DNA of 34,164 bases. Source: Leidyana gryllorum EB-2025a (Eukaryota > Protista > Apicomplexa). Every line of letters starts with the position of its first letter. Within the stretch, counting starts at the first letter, position 1. Positions 1 to 9,752 of the stretch are shown in pieces. The notes beneath the pieces are model-generated. The model was not told the origin of the DNA, made no database searches, and worked only from the letters and a program-made list of their open reading frames with translations. The stretch lies in contig JBLWGC010000038.1 in NCBI GenBank assembly GCA_048772705.1, positions 1 to 34,164 of the forward strand, read 5' to 3'. The translations under genes and the position numbers were made by a program.

Positions 1-1495
1 CGAGACTTGTTTGCGACATGTTTGACACTTGTTTGCTACCTGTTTCCTACTTGCTTGCTACTTGTTTGATACTTCTTTGAAACTTGTTTGCCACATGCTT
101 TACACTTGCTTGCCACTTCGTTGCCACATCTTTCATACTTCTTTGACACTCAGTTGAGGCTTGTTCGCCACATGTTAAACACTTTTCTGCCACATATTTC
201 ACACTTGTTTGATACTCGTTTGACATGTGTTTGCCACTTCTTTGCCACATGTTTAACACTTGTTTGAAACTCCGTTGAGACTTGTTCACCACATGTTTAA
301 CACTTTTTTCCCACATGTTCCACACTTGTTTGACACTCGTTTGAAACTTGTTTGCCGCATGCTTTACACTTGCTTGCCAGTTCTTTGCCACATGTTTAAC
401 ACTTGTTTGAAACTCCGTTGAGACTTGTTCGCCACATGTTTAACACTTTTTTGCCACAACTTGTTTGATACTTCTTTGAAACTTGTTTGCCACATGCTTT
501 ACACTTGCTTGCCAGTTCTTTGCCACATGTTTAACACTTGTTTGAAACTCCGTTGAAACTTGTTCGCCACATGTTTAACACTTTTTTGCCACATGTTCCA
601 CACTTGTTTGACACTTGTTTGCGACATCTTTGGCACTTGTTTGCCACATGCTTTACACTTGCTTGCCAGTTCTTTGCCACATGTTTAACACTTGTTTGAA
701 ACTCCGTTGAGACTTGTTCGCCACATGTTTAACACTTTTTTGCCACATGTTCCCCACTTGTTTGACACTCGTTTGACACTTGTTTGCGACATCTTTGGCA
801 CTTGTTTTGCTACTTGTTTGCCACGTGTTACACACACGTTTGCCACTTGTTTCCTACATGTTTGCCACATGTTTCACACTCGTTTGACACTCGTTTGACA
901 CTTGTTTGCGACATCTTTGGCACTTGTTTTGCTACTTGTTTGCCACGTGTTACACACACGCTTGCCACTTGTTTCCTACATGTTTGCCACATGTTTCACA
1001 CTTGTTTGACACTCGTTTGACACTTGTTTGCGATATGTTTGCCACATCTTTGACACTTGTTTGCTACTGTAAGCGTGTCTCCGGGGAGACCGGCACGGAC
1101 CGGCACGGAGACACAGACACGAGTTTTTAGACACACGCACGGACTTAGACTAGAACAAAAACAGATGGACTTACGAAGCGGCCGAGCGGTGCAACCGACC
1201 CTAGCAGGTAGCGCCGAGCAAGGCTACAGCTACTTGTTTGCCACGTGTGACACACATGTTTGCCACTTGTTTGTTGCCACATGTTTCACACCTGTTTGAC
1301 ACTCGTTTGCGATATGTTTGCGACATCTTTGACACATGTTTGCCACTTGTTTGCAACATGTTTAAAACTTGTTGCGAACTTGTTTGACCCTTGCTTCGCG
1401 ACATGTTTCACACTTGTTTGCAACATGTTCCAGGCTTGTTTGACACTGGTTTCCGAGTTGTTTGACACTTGTTTCACACTTCTTTGCTACTTGAT
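1..1495. repeat. Degenerate 11-bp satellite (about CACTTGTTTG[A/C] / CACATGTTTG[A/C]) with higher-order blocks
   Basis: Continuous 11-nt periodicity; 122-bp tandem block at 784-905 and 906-1027; interrupted by a solo LTR at 1068-1228 and resumes afterwards. Confidence 0.93.
1068..1228 (+). mobile_element. Solo LTR (161 bp) related to the A/C LTRs
   Basis: TGTAAG...GGCTACA termini; 5-bp TSD GCTAC (1063-1067, 1229-1233); GTGTCTC...GAGACAC palindrome; ATGGACTTACGA (MDLRSGR) at 1165 matching the gag starts of A and C. Confidence 0.9.
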
Positions 1496-1685
1496 AGGTA
1501 CTTAAATGACACTTCTCTACAAGTCGTTTGAACTCGTACATATCGTTCCAGAGCAATTGCACGCAAGATTGATGCAATTGGTTCGTTCTACTTATCACAT
1601 CCACGATAGGTTGCTAACTATTCCATCAATAAATAAATCTCACAGAAACAATGGGTACGGGGAAGCGCCCGAGCGAAGCGACAAG

Positions 1686-1898
1686 TGTAGCCGGGATCAC
1701 CCGACTGCGGATCAGAGGTCTGTTTCCCATTGCGTAAGTCCATTGTTCGTTCACGTAAAAGTAACACTGCGTGCAGGTCGATCTATCTGTCGTGTCTGTG
1801 TCTCCTATGCCGGTCCGGCCGGTCCACGGAGACACAGACATGTTCTTGTTCCGGACCGACTATGGTCGGACGGGGTCTAGTGAGCGTGATAGGTTACA
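1686..1898 (-). repeat. 3' LTR of element A
   Basis: Matches 10747-10959; polypurine tract GGAGATGGAGGAG adjacent on the minus strand (1899-1911). Confidence 0.95.
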
Positions 1899-2857
1899 CT
1901 CCTCCATCTCCAAATTGGTGTACGGGTTTCTGGGGTTTCTGAGATTCCACTGTTGTCGGAATTCCTGTATGAGGTCCTGGCCGTTGCCTTCAAGGACCAC
2001 CTGTGCTGGTTCCCACGTGTTGTGATTGTTCGTGTATCCGAGCCATTTGACGCGGTATTCTAATTCTCCACGTTTATTCATTCGTTCGCCTTCAATTCTT
2101 TCCATGATGTAAAGCTGGTCTGGCTGTCCTGAGTCTGTATGGTTCCTGGGGGTTCTGGTCTCTGCTGTCGGCTCAACTGGTGGTGGAGATCTGAACGGTT
2201 CCAATCTAGAGACATGGAACTTGGCCAGGATTCGCCACGATGCGGGTAAGTCGAGGGTGTAGGTGTCATTTCCTGAGACTTCAAGTACTGTGAATGGGCC
2301 GCAGAACGGTTGTGATATGTTTCGACCATTCTGTGTTGAGTCCTTGGATGGAGCAGCGTAGTATCTGTATCACGCTTCGATTCACTCTTTCTGTCAATCC
2401 GTTGGTTTGAGGGTGTTGACTGGTGCTCATTGCCAAGTTGCAGCCGAGTTCCTTCATCATAGTATTCCACATTCCGTTGACGAAGCGGACATCTCTGTCG
2501 CTTATGACTTTTCGTGGTACTCCGTGGATCTTGATGATGTTATCCATGAACAATCGAGCCGCTTCTGCGGATGAAATTGTCTTGGAGCATGGTAGTAGTC
2601 TTATGCGGCGGGTGAGTCTATCGACTACTACCATGAGATAGTCTAGTCCAGTTTCCCCATCCCGGGGTAATTCCAAAAAGTCCACTCCAACCTCGGCCCA
2701 TGGTATGGCAGGATTTCGTACTGGATGTAAGAGGCCGTAAGGTTGGTGATTCCTTTTCTTCGCTATTTGGCAGGTCTGGCATAGCCGACAATAGGTTGAC
2801 ACATCTGCGAGTAAACCTCTCCAATTGAAGATTGCTCGGATGCGACCGGCCGTCCTT
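1860..2857 (-). pseudogene. pol: Element A pol 3' part: integrase core, GPF motif, chromodomain; frameshifting deletion near 2310
   Basis: YCRLCQTCQ...WAEVGVDF...VISDRD...NGLTER, then PFCGPF...FHVSRL and YRVKWLGY..NTWEP in another frame; about 100 aa missing relative to element C. Confidence 0.9.
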
Positions 2858-2989
2858 TGTAAGGATTACACCTCTCAGATAGCTTGTGAAACCACCCTTT
2901 TTAATATGCATGACGTAACAAACCGCCCGGCCGGAGACACGGGGGGTACAAACACAGCACACGCACGCAACTAGTTAACTGGATTTACC

Positions 2990-3907
2990 ATGACCAGACG
3001 AACCAACCGGCCCAGTATACTTCCCAGATCATTTGCCTTGAAGGCTAAGAGAACTGCCAAGGCACCGGCCCCAGAAGAACCCCAGACTTACACTGGTAGC
3101 AGTGACTACCCATTAGACGACGAAAGATCGACGATCGAACCGATGCCGGCCAACCAGAGTTCAATTGTCCGCAATATCAAAATGGTTACGCAACTTACCA
3201 GCTCCTTCACAGGCGCGCAAGACCCACGCTCCCACCTGGACAACCTAGAGGCTGCCTTTGACACCTTTATGGTACCAGCACAAGAACGGACCCGCATCGC
3301 CTGCGGAACACTGAAAGACTCGGCAGCAAGGTGGCTGAACGCAGTAGCCAGTGCGGAAGACATCCGGCACCTCCTGTGGACCGATTTCCGCTCGCGATTC
3401 CTCAAGGAATTCGGAACAGCGACCAGAACAGACCTAGAAGAACTAATAGACCTCAGAGCTGACCCCCAAGATCTCATGGGCTTTGTACGCCGGGTACGGG
3501 AGCTGCGCCGCGGACTCTTCACTATGGAACCAAGCGAAATCCTGCACATAATCAAACGGGCCTTACCACCACAAGAAAAAGCACTGATGATGACACGACG
3601 CCCTCAGACCATCGAGGAAGCCCTGGAATTCATAGCCGAGTTAGGGCGGGAACACACCAGAGCAATAGGCAACAACCCCAGGGTGCTTGTTGCCCGGCCG
3701 AAAGGAGTGGGCTACAACAACCCACACTCCAGGGAACACTGCCAGAAGAACGGCTTGTGTTATACCTGTGGCGAGAAAGGACACCTGGCCCCGAACTGCC
3801 CCAAACGATCACGAAACCAACGACCGGCTCTGGCCACACCCAAACGCTCTTACCCCATCACCGTGGACGAGGAAGAAGGAGCAACGAACGCGGACCAGGA
3901 TTTTTGA
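2990..3907 (+). CDS. gag: Gag of element B
   Basis: 305-aa ORF; capsid-like LKDSAARWL..W..F...FLKEFG; CCHC knuckle CYTCGEKGHLAPNC; ATG lies in the 5' LTR. Confidence 0.93.
   Translation: MTRRTNRPSILPRSFALKAKRTAKAPAPEEPQTYTGSSDYPLDDERSTIEPMPANQSSIVRNIKMVTQLTSSFTGAQDPRSHLDNLEAAFDTFMVPAQERTRIACGTLKDSAARWLNAVASAEDIRHLLWTDFRSRFLKEFGTATRTDLEELIDLRADPQDLMGFVRRVRELRRGLFTMEPSEILHIIKRALPPQEKALMMTRRPQTIEEALEFIAELGREHTRAIGNNPRVLVARPKGVGYNNPHSREHCQKNGLCYTCGEKGHLAPNCPKRSRNQRPALATPKRSYPITVDEEEGATNADQDF
3094..3104 (+). promoter_or_regulatory. Primer-binding site (tRNA-iMet) of element B
   Basis: TGGTAGCAGTG one base after the LTR end; complementary to the 3' end of the iMet tRNA at 32720-32791 plus CCA. 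Confidence 0.9.
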
Positions 3908-6900
3908 AAAGAGCCCCACCTGCTCACCCAGATGTGGGGCTCCAAACGGTAGCTGACCTATTCAGGATAGGAACACAATCTAGAGCAGCGGTCACGTGGC
4001 AGATAAGAAGCCCGCAGGGCCAAACCACGGCCTTATGCCTTGTGGACACAGGCGCCGAAGTGAATATTTTGAGCCCAGACATGGCGTCATACCTCAAATT
4101 GGAGCCCGACAAGAACAACACGCTCACGCTGCACGGCATCGGACAACAGCAGAGTCAGGGTACAGTGACAGCCACACTGCTCACACAAGCTCACCACCCC
4201 TTCGACCTTTGCTTCGTAGTAGCGGACATCACACCGTACGATGCCATTCTTGGGATAGAAACAATCATGGGATTACAACTTGCCATAGGGACAGACTCCA
4301 AAGGGAAACTCACTATCTTGGAACAAGCCTCCATTCAGAAGCAAGGCCGGGACTCAATCCCTGGCCAGATACACATGGCAACAGCAGTGACACTCAAAAC
4401 CCCGATAGAGGAAGAATGGATCTTATCAGATTTCGGAGGGCTCTTCAAGCCAAATATAGCACTCCCCCCATCAAGGGGCTTCCATGACTTTGACATACAA
4501 CTGAAACCCGGAACCATACCATCATTCGACCGACCATACGCAAGTTCCGAACAAAACAAACAGGAAATGACGAGACAACTAGCGGAACTAGAAGCTCAAG
4601 GGAAAATCCAGAGGTCCAAGTCGGAATGGGGTGCCCCGTGCTTCCTGGTCCCCAAGAAGGACACGCCGACACCCCGACTTGTGATCAACTACAAGAAATT
4701 GAATGACGCAACAATCACTTACACCTACCCAATTCCTCGTGCCGATCTGGCCGCCCCCGAACTGAGGAAAGCGCGCATATTCTCCAAACTGGATCTTCAG
4801 TCTGGGTACCACCAGATACTCCTACGTGAACAATGCTATCATTTGACAGCCTTCTCCTCACCTGTGGGCAAATTTGAATGGCGGGTACTCCCCTTCGGAC
4901 TGAAGAATGCTCCCCCGGCCTTTGTGGCGTTCATCGAGGAGATCCTCCAGCCGTGGCTGGGGAGATGCGCCATCGCGTATGTTGACGACATACTTGTGTA
5001 TAGCCCATCTGTAGCTCAACACCGCGTACATCTCCGAGCGATCCTGCAGAAATTAGAAGAACATAAACTCAAAGTGCACCCGAAGAAATCCAGCTTTTTC
5101 CTCACCGAGGTAGACTTCATCGGACAGCATCTTGATCACCACGGCATCAGACCCAACCCAGAGAGGCAGAACGCGTTCAAACGTCTGAAACCACCTGCAA
5201 CAATGGGAGAACTGAGACGAGCAATTGGGGGAATGACTTACTACGCGAAATACATCCAGAAGTTTGCGGAACTAACCATACCGTTCCACGAGATCATCAA
5301 CCAACTCAAAAAACCGTCGGACAAAATTTTATGGACCACGGAAAAAGAAGAGACTTGGAACCGTCTGACGGATGCCTTCGGAACAGACCTAACCCTCCGG
5401 GTGGTAGACGATGAACTACCCTTTCATGTCACCACAGACGCTAGCAACACTGCAGTTGGGGGCACACTTGAACAATGGACGGATGGAGGTGACTCCAAAC
5501 GCATCATCGAGCATTTCAGTTGCAGGCTCACGCCAACACAGACAAACTGGGCGGTTCACGAGAGAGAGTTGTGGGCCATCCTGGCAGCGCTAAAGCGTTG
5601 GAGGCACTACCTGATGAGCCGCGACTTTTACATCCACACAGACCACAAACCCTTGGTGGTACTGCAGAAGACGAGCACAGTTCTCAGCCCGAAGGTCATA
5701 CGGTGGCTGATCAAAATCTCCCAGTACCCAGCCACCATAGACCACATCCCAGGAAAGGACAATGTCCTGGCGGACTTACTCAGCCGCGCCGGAGCCATTC
5801 AACCCAAGACAGAAGTACTCGCCACCTTTTCAGCTGAAATAGACTTCACCAAGCAACTTAAGGAGGCACTGAGGCAGGTGGAAACACCGCCCGAAGGTTT
5901 TGAACGAAACGGAGAGTGGATTCACGATGAATTTGGCCGACTATTTATACCTAATCAAGCAGACCTGAGACGTCTCGTCATCAGAGAATCCCATGACTCC
6001 ATCATCGCCGGCCACCTAGCACACGACAGGACCCTTCTGAAAGTCAGAGGACAATTCAACTGGCCGGGGGTGACCGAAGACGTTCGACAATACTGCAGAG
6101 CGTGCCCGATATGCCAGAGGTCAAAAACGAGCACATCTAAACCCCTTGGACTGTTGAACCCGATTGCCCCACCAGAGCTTCCGTGGCAGGAACTATCGAT
6201 TGATCTACTGAAGCTTCCACCGGAAACGAACGGAGCTCCCGATTGCGTGATGAGTGTAATTGACAGACTGACGCGGAGACTACTCCTAGAGCCGTGCTAT
6301 ATCACCGCAACGGCGAAAGACTGCGCCAACATACTCATGAATAGAGTCGTTAGGGAACACGGATTCCCATCGGTCATAGTATGTGACAGGGACTCGCGGT
6401 GGCTCAACGAGCTGTGGAAGCGACTTTGCGAATCAGCCGCGATCACTCTGAAAGCCACTACTGCAGCACACCCTCAAACTAACGGGCTACTGGAAAGGGG
6501 ACACCGAACTGTCATCCAAATGCTTCGTTGTGTGTGCGAGGACGTGGGCCCCAGATGGACCACTCGACTAGCCGCCATCGAATTTGCGTACAACGCAATG
6601 CCAAATGCGTCAACAGGTATAAGTCCTTTCGAAGCGGAGAGAGGATACATCCCCAAGATCCCTCTCAATCTCGGACTTGACCCCGGGCCCACCGCGGAAC
6701 TCACGCTACACTCACAGTCGATCAGCATAATGCAGGACCGCATCCGACAGGCTCAGTCCAAACAGAAACTCGCGTACGACCGCCACAGGGCCAACGAATC
6801 GTTCGAGGTCGGAGAACTAGTCCTTCTCAGGACCCAGGGACTTAAGGGAGGACCCCGACACAAACTAACGAAAGCGTACATGGGACCAGTCAGAGTGAAA

Positions 6901-7263
6901 CGAGTATTAGAGACCGACGTATACGAGCTAGCGATGCCACAAGCCTGGCAGGGCCTGAATAAGTTCCATATATCCAGACTCAAGAAATACACTGGCGGCG
7001 AAGAAGAGGAAGCAGGGGAGATATTCCAAATGGAGAAGGTACTGGCTCAGAGCAACGACCGACATGGACTACGATTCCTCATAAAGTGGACAGATTACCC
7101 ACACGAGCAGGCCACATGGGAACCGGCCCACAACGTACTTGACGCCGATGCGCTAGATCTCATCATTGCATACAGAGAAGAGTGGAATCGAACGAAACGG
7201 GGGGTACCTTTCACAGACGAAGAACTATCAGGTCAAGATCTAATGGCGAGGGGAGGAGTGTAA
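3898..7263 (+). CDS. pol: Pol of element B (PR-RT-RNaseH-IN-chromodomain), predicted -1 frameshift from gag
   Basis: LVDTGA, YVDD, TDAS, HHCC, DDE core, FLIKWTDY...TWEP; frame is -1 relative to gag; GGATTTT at 3898. Confidence 0.95.
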   Translation, partial: GFLKRAPPAHPDVGLQTVADLFRIGTQSRAAVTWQIRSPQGQTTALCLVDTGAEVNILSPDMASYLKLEPDKNNTLTLHGIGQQQSQGTVTATLLTQAHHPFDLCFVVADITPYDAILGIETIMGLQLAIGTDSKGKLTILEQASIQKQGRDSIPGQIHMATAVTLKTPIEEEWILSDFGGLFKPNIALPPSRGFHDFDIQLKPGTIPSFDRPYASSEQNKQEMTRQLAELEAQGKIQRSKSEWGAPCFLVPKKDTPTPRLVINYKKLNDATITYTYPIPRADLAAPELRKARIFSKLDLQSGYHQILLREQCYHLTAFSSPVGKFEWRVLPFGLKNAPPAFVAFIEEILQPWLGRCAIAYVDDILVYSPSVAQHRVHLRAILQKLEEHKLKVHPKKSSFFLTEVDFIGQHLDHHGIRPNPERQNAFKRLKPPATMGELRRAIGGMTYYAKYIQKFAELTIPFHEIINQLKKPSDKILWTTEKEETWNRLTDAFGTDLTLRVVDDELPFHVTTDASNTAVGGTLEQWTDGGDSKRIIEHFSCRLTPTQTNWAVHERELWAILAALKRWRHYLMSRDFYIHTDHKPLVVLQKTSTVLSPKVIRWLIKISQYPATIDHIPGKDNVLADLLSRAGAIQPKTEVLATFSAEIDFTKQLKEALRQVETPPEGFERNGEWIHDEFGRLFIPNQADLRRLVIRESHDSIIAGHLAHDRTLLKVRGQFNWPGVTEDVRQYCRACPICQRSKTSTSKPLGLLNPIAPPELPWQELSIDLLKLPPETNGAPDCVMSVIDRLTRRLLLEPCYITATAKDCANILMNRVVREHGFPSVIVCDRDSRWLNELWKRLCESAAITLKATTAAHPQTNGLLERGHRTVIQMLRCVCEDVGPRWTTRLAAIEFAYNAMPNASTGISPFEAERGYIPKIPLNLGLDPGPTAELTLHSQSISIMQDRIRQAQSKQKLAYDRHRANESFEVGELVLLRTQGLKGGPRHKLTKAYMGPVRVKRVLETDVYELAMPQAWQGLNKFHISRLKKYTGGEEEEAGEIFQMEKVLAQSNDRHGLRFLIKWTDYPHEQATWEPAHNVLDADALDLIIAYREEWNRTKRGVPFTDEELSGQDLMARGGV

Positions 7264-7493
7264 GGATTACACCTCTCAGATAGCTTGTGAAACCACCCTT
7301 TTTAATATGCATGACGTAACAAACCGCCCGGCCGGAGACACGGGGGGTACAAACACAGCACACGCACGCAACTAGTTAACTGGATTTACCATGACCAGAC
7401 GAACCAACCGGCCCAGTATACTTCCCAGATCATTTGCCTTGAAGGCTAAGAGAACTGCCAAGGCACCGGCCCCAGAAGAACCCCAGACTTACA

Positions 7494-9752
7494 CCTTTCT
7501 GGTCCCATGTGTCCCGCCCACAGTGACTGGTGGTTATCTCGAATTATTCGTTCGATCAAATCCGTGTCTGGTGGTACCTCTATGGTGCCGTCGTTAGTCA
7601 CAGGTACTCCTTCAATCCACTCGATTGGCCCACACTTGCCCTCTTGACCTTTATGCTCTTTCCATTTCATCACCAGTTCATTGTTCAAGTCTCCGTGTGG
7701 GGACCCTGCCTCTACCTGCTCCGTAGCTATGGCATCTTCCCTTTCTCTGTCATTGTCTTGTGTTGTCCCCGCCCGTTCCACGTTGTGTACTTGTCCGTAG
7801 GCCCGGTCGTTGGTCGCCTTCCTCTGTATCGGTCTGGATAGCAAGTCAGCTACTATGTTCCGGGCGCCTGGTATGTACTGAATATCCAAATCCATTTCGC
7901 TCAACGTTGTGAGCCACCTATACTGTCTATCGGACAGGTGGGACTGTTTCATTAGGTGGACGAGTGGCTTATGGTCCGTGAGCACTTTCACTCGTCGCCC
8001 TATGAGCCAGTGTCTCCACTGTTTGCAAGCGTGAACGATCGCGAGCAATTCCCGCTCATGTACTGGATATCTTGTTTCTGCCGGAAGCAGTGTCCTAGAT
8101 GAGAACTCAATGGGTTTGGGTCCATCTGGGGTTTCTTCTTCAAGCACTGCTCCTATAGCAGTAAGGCTGGCATCCGTCGAAAGTCGGAGGCTGTTACTCT
8201 CAGCCGCCAGAAAACGTAGAGTTGGGGCTTCCCTGAGTGCCTTCTTCAGCTCGTTGATACTACCTGTGATCCCTTCTGACGTGGGGAGGGGGCTGTTGGG
8301 GCCTTGGATTCCTTTCATTGCTTTGTAAATCGGTTCCGCTTTGTGGGCAAAATTATTGATGAATCTTCTATAATAATTAAACATTCCGAGCACTCTCTGT
8401 GCCTCTCTGAGTGTAGTCGGACTGCCGATTGCGTCCAAGTCGGCCATTCGTGTCTGCATGGGAGTGATGCCTTCCTGAGAGATTCTGTGCCCCAGAAAGG
8501 TAACTTCGTCCTTAAAAAAATGTGATTTGCGAGGATGTACTATCAACTGATTTTCTCGTATCCGTGTCAGCACGTCGTATAAGTGTGCTTTATGTTGTTC
8601 CCGGTCTTTGGAATAGACTAGAACGTCATCCAAATAAACAAAGACCGAGATTCCTATCAAGTCGCGGAATATGCGTTGCATAAGGCTCATGAAGGTAGGT
8701 GGCGCGTTCATAAGCCCGTTGGGCATCACGCACCACTCGAATTTGCCCCATGGGGTGGCAAAGGCAGTGAGGTGAATTGCTGATTCCTTCATCCTGATTT
8801 GGTAGTAGCCGCTCTTCAGGTCTAAGGTGGAGAAACAAGTTGCTCCGTTCAAGGCTTGGATGGCTTCATCGATCGAAGGTAAGGGAGAGGCGATTCGAAC
8901 TGATTCGGTGTTCAGGCGGCGGAAGTCACAAACGAGTCGGGGAACGGCCGTGTCCTTTTTAGGGACAAAGAGGCATGGTGAGGACCAGCTGGAACTGCTG
9001 GGCCTAATGCGTTTCAATCGCAGCAGTTCAAGGATTTGAGCCCTCATTTGTGCGACATGTTTCTGCGGGATCTTGTAAGCGGATCGTGCAAAGGGTGTGG
9101 TGTCTGGGTGTTTCAGTATAATGTCGTGGTCGATGTGTTGGCGTCGGGGTGGTAGTGCTCCTGTGTCCGTGAATACTGTCTGGAAGTCCTCCTTTATCCA
9201 CTGCTCGGTTTGTGGCATATCTATTCTTTGTACGATCGGTTCGGGTACCATCGCCTCTGTATTGTGGCACTCCCCACAATTCGTTTTCACCCACTCCTCC
9301 TGTGTTGTGTTCATAACTGGTATCACATAGTTCTCCACCAGGCATAGTTTCCCGGACCCGTTGTCCCCGAGGGTGAGTCGAAGTTGGATGATGGTCGATG
9401 TGGACACAATTATGTCGTATGTCAATGTCTCTAGGATCAAGCAGTTGATGCTAATTTGTTGCCCTGCCGGGGTTCGGATTTCCACCTGTGTCTCTTCGTG
9501 TGCTACCGTCTTCACGGCTCCTATTCCTGTAAGTTCTGTTGAGATCGGATATCGTTGGAGGTTCAGGTGACTGGTTAGCCTTTCAGATATACAATTAGTG
9601 TCACTTCCAGTATCGACCAAGACCCATATTGCTTTGGCGCCTCCTTGCCTGTTCGGATTGCGAGCTGTCCATTGTGCCCTCAGAGGTGGGTGGGGTCCAG
9701 TAGCTCCTCCTGGACGCTGACCTCCGTGTCGTCCAGGTCGGTCGTAAAATCC
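7494..9752 (-). CDS. pol: Element A pol 5' part (PR-RT-RNaseH-start of IN), interrupted by B
   Basis: LVDTGS, YLDD, TDAS, H..LWAGH in ORF 7446-9797; -1 frame to gag at GGATTTT (9752-9746). Confidence 0.93.

Larger units (their letters stand above)
2858..7493 (+). mobile_element. Ty3/Gypsy chromovirus element B, apparently intact (4636 bp), nested in the integrase of A
   Basis: 235-bp LTRs at 2858-3092 and 7259-7493; TSD CCTT; PBS at 3094-3104; PPT at 7245-7258; removing B restores the A frame (GHMGPER|TAGRIR). Confidence 0.97.

Noticed and set aside
1-1495. CRISPR array
   Set aside because: No unique spacers and no cas genes; contiguous degenerate 11-mers in a eukaryotic context (U6, eukaryotic iMet)
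47-1505. Repeat proteins with 11-aa periodicity (VKHVANK..., CHMFHT...)
   Set aside because: Short ORFs occur in many frames on both strands, as expected from translating an 11-bp repeat
3093-3110. Tf1-type self-priming
   Set aside because: The PBS begins with TGG and matches tRNA-iMet, so ordinary tRNA priming explains it
7391-7597. Second gag-like gene
   Set aside because: It is the gag start duplicated in the 3' LTR of B running into the antisense strand of A
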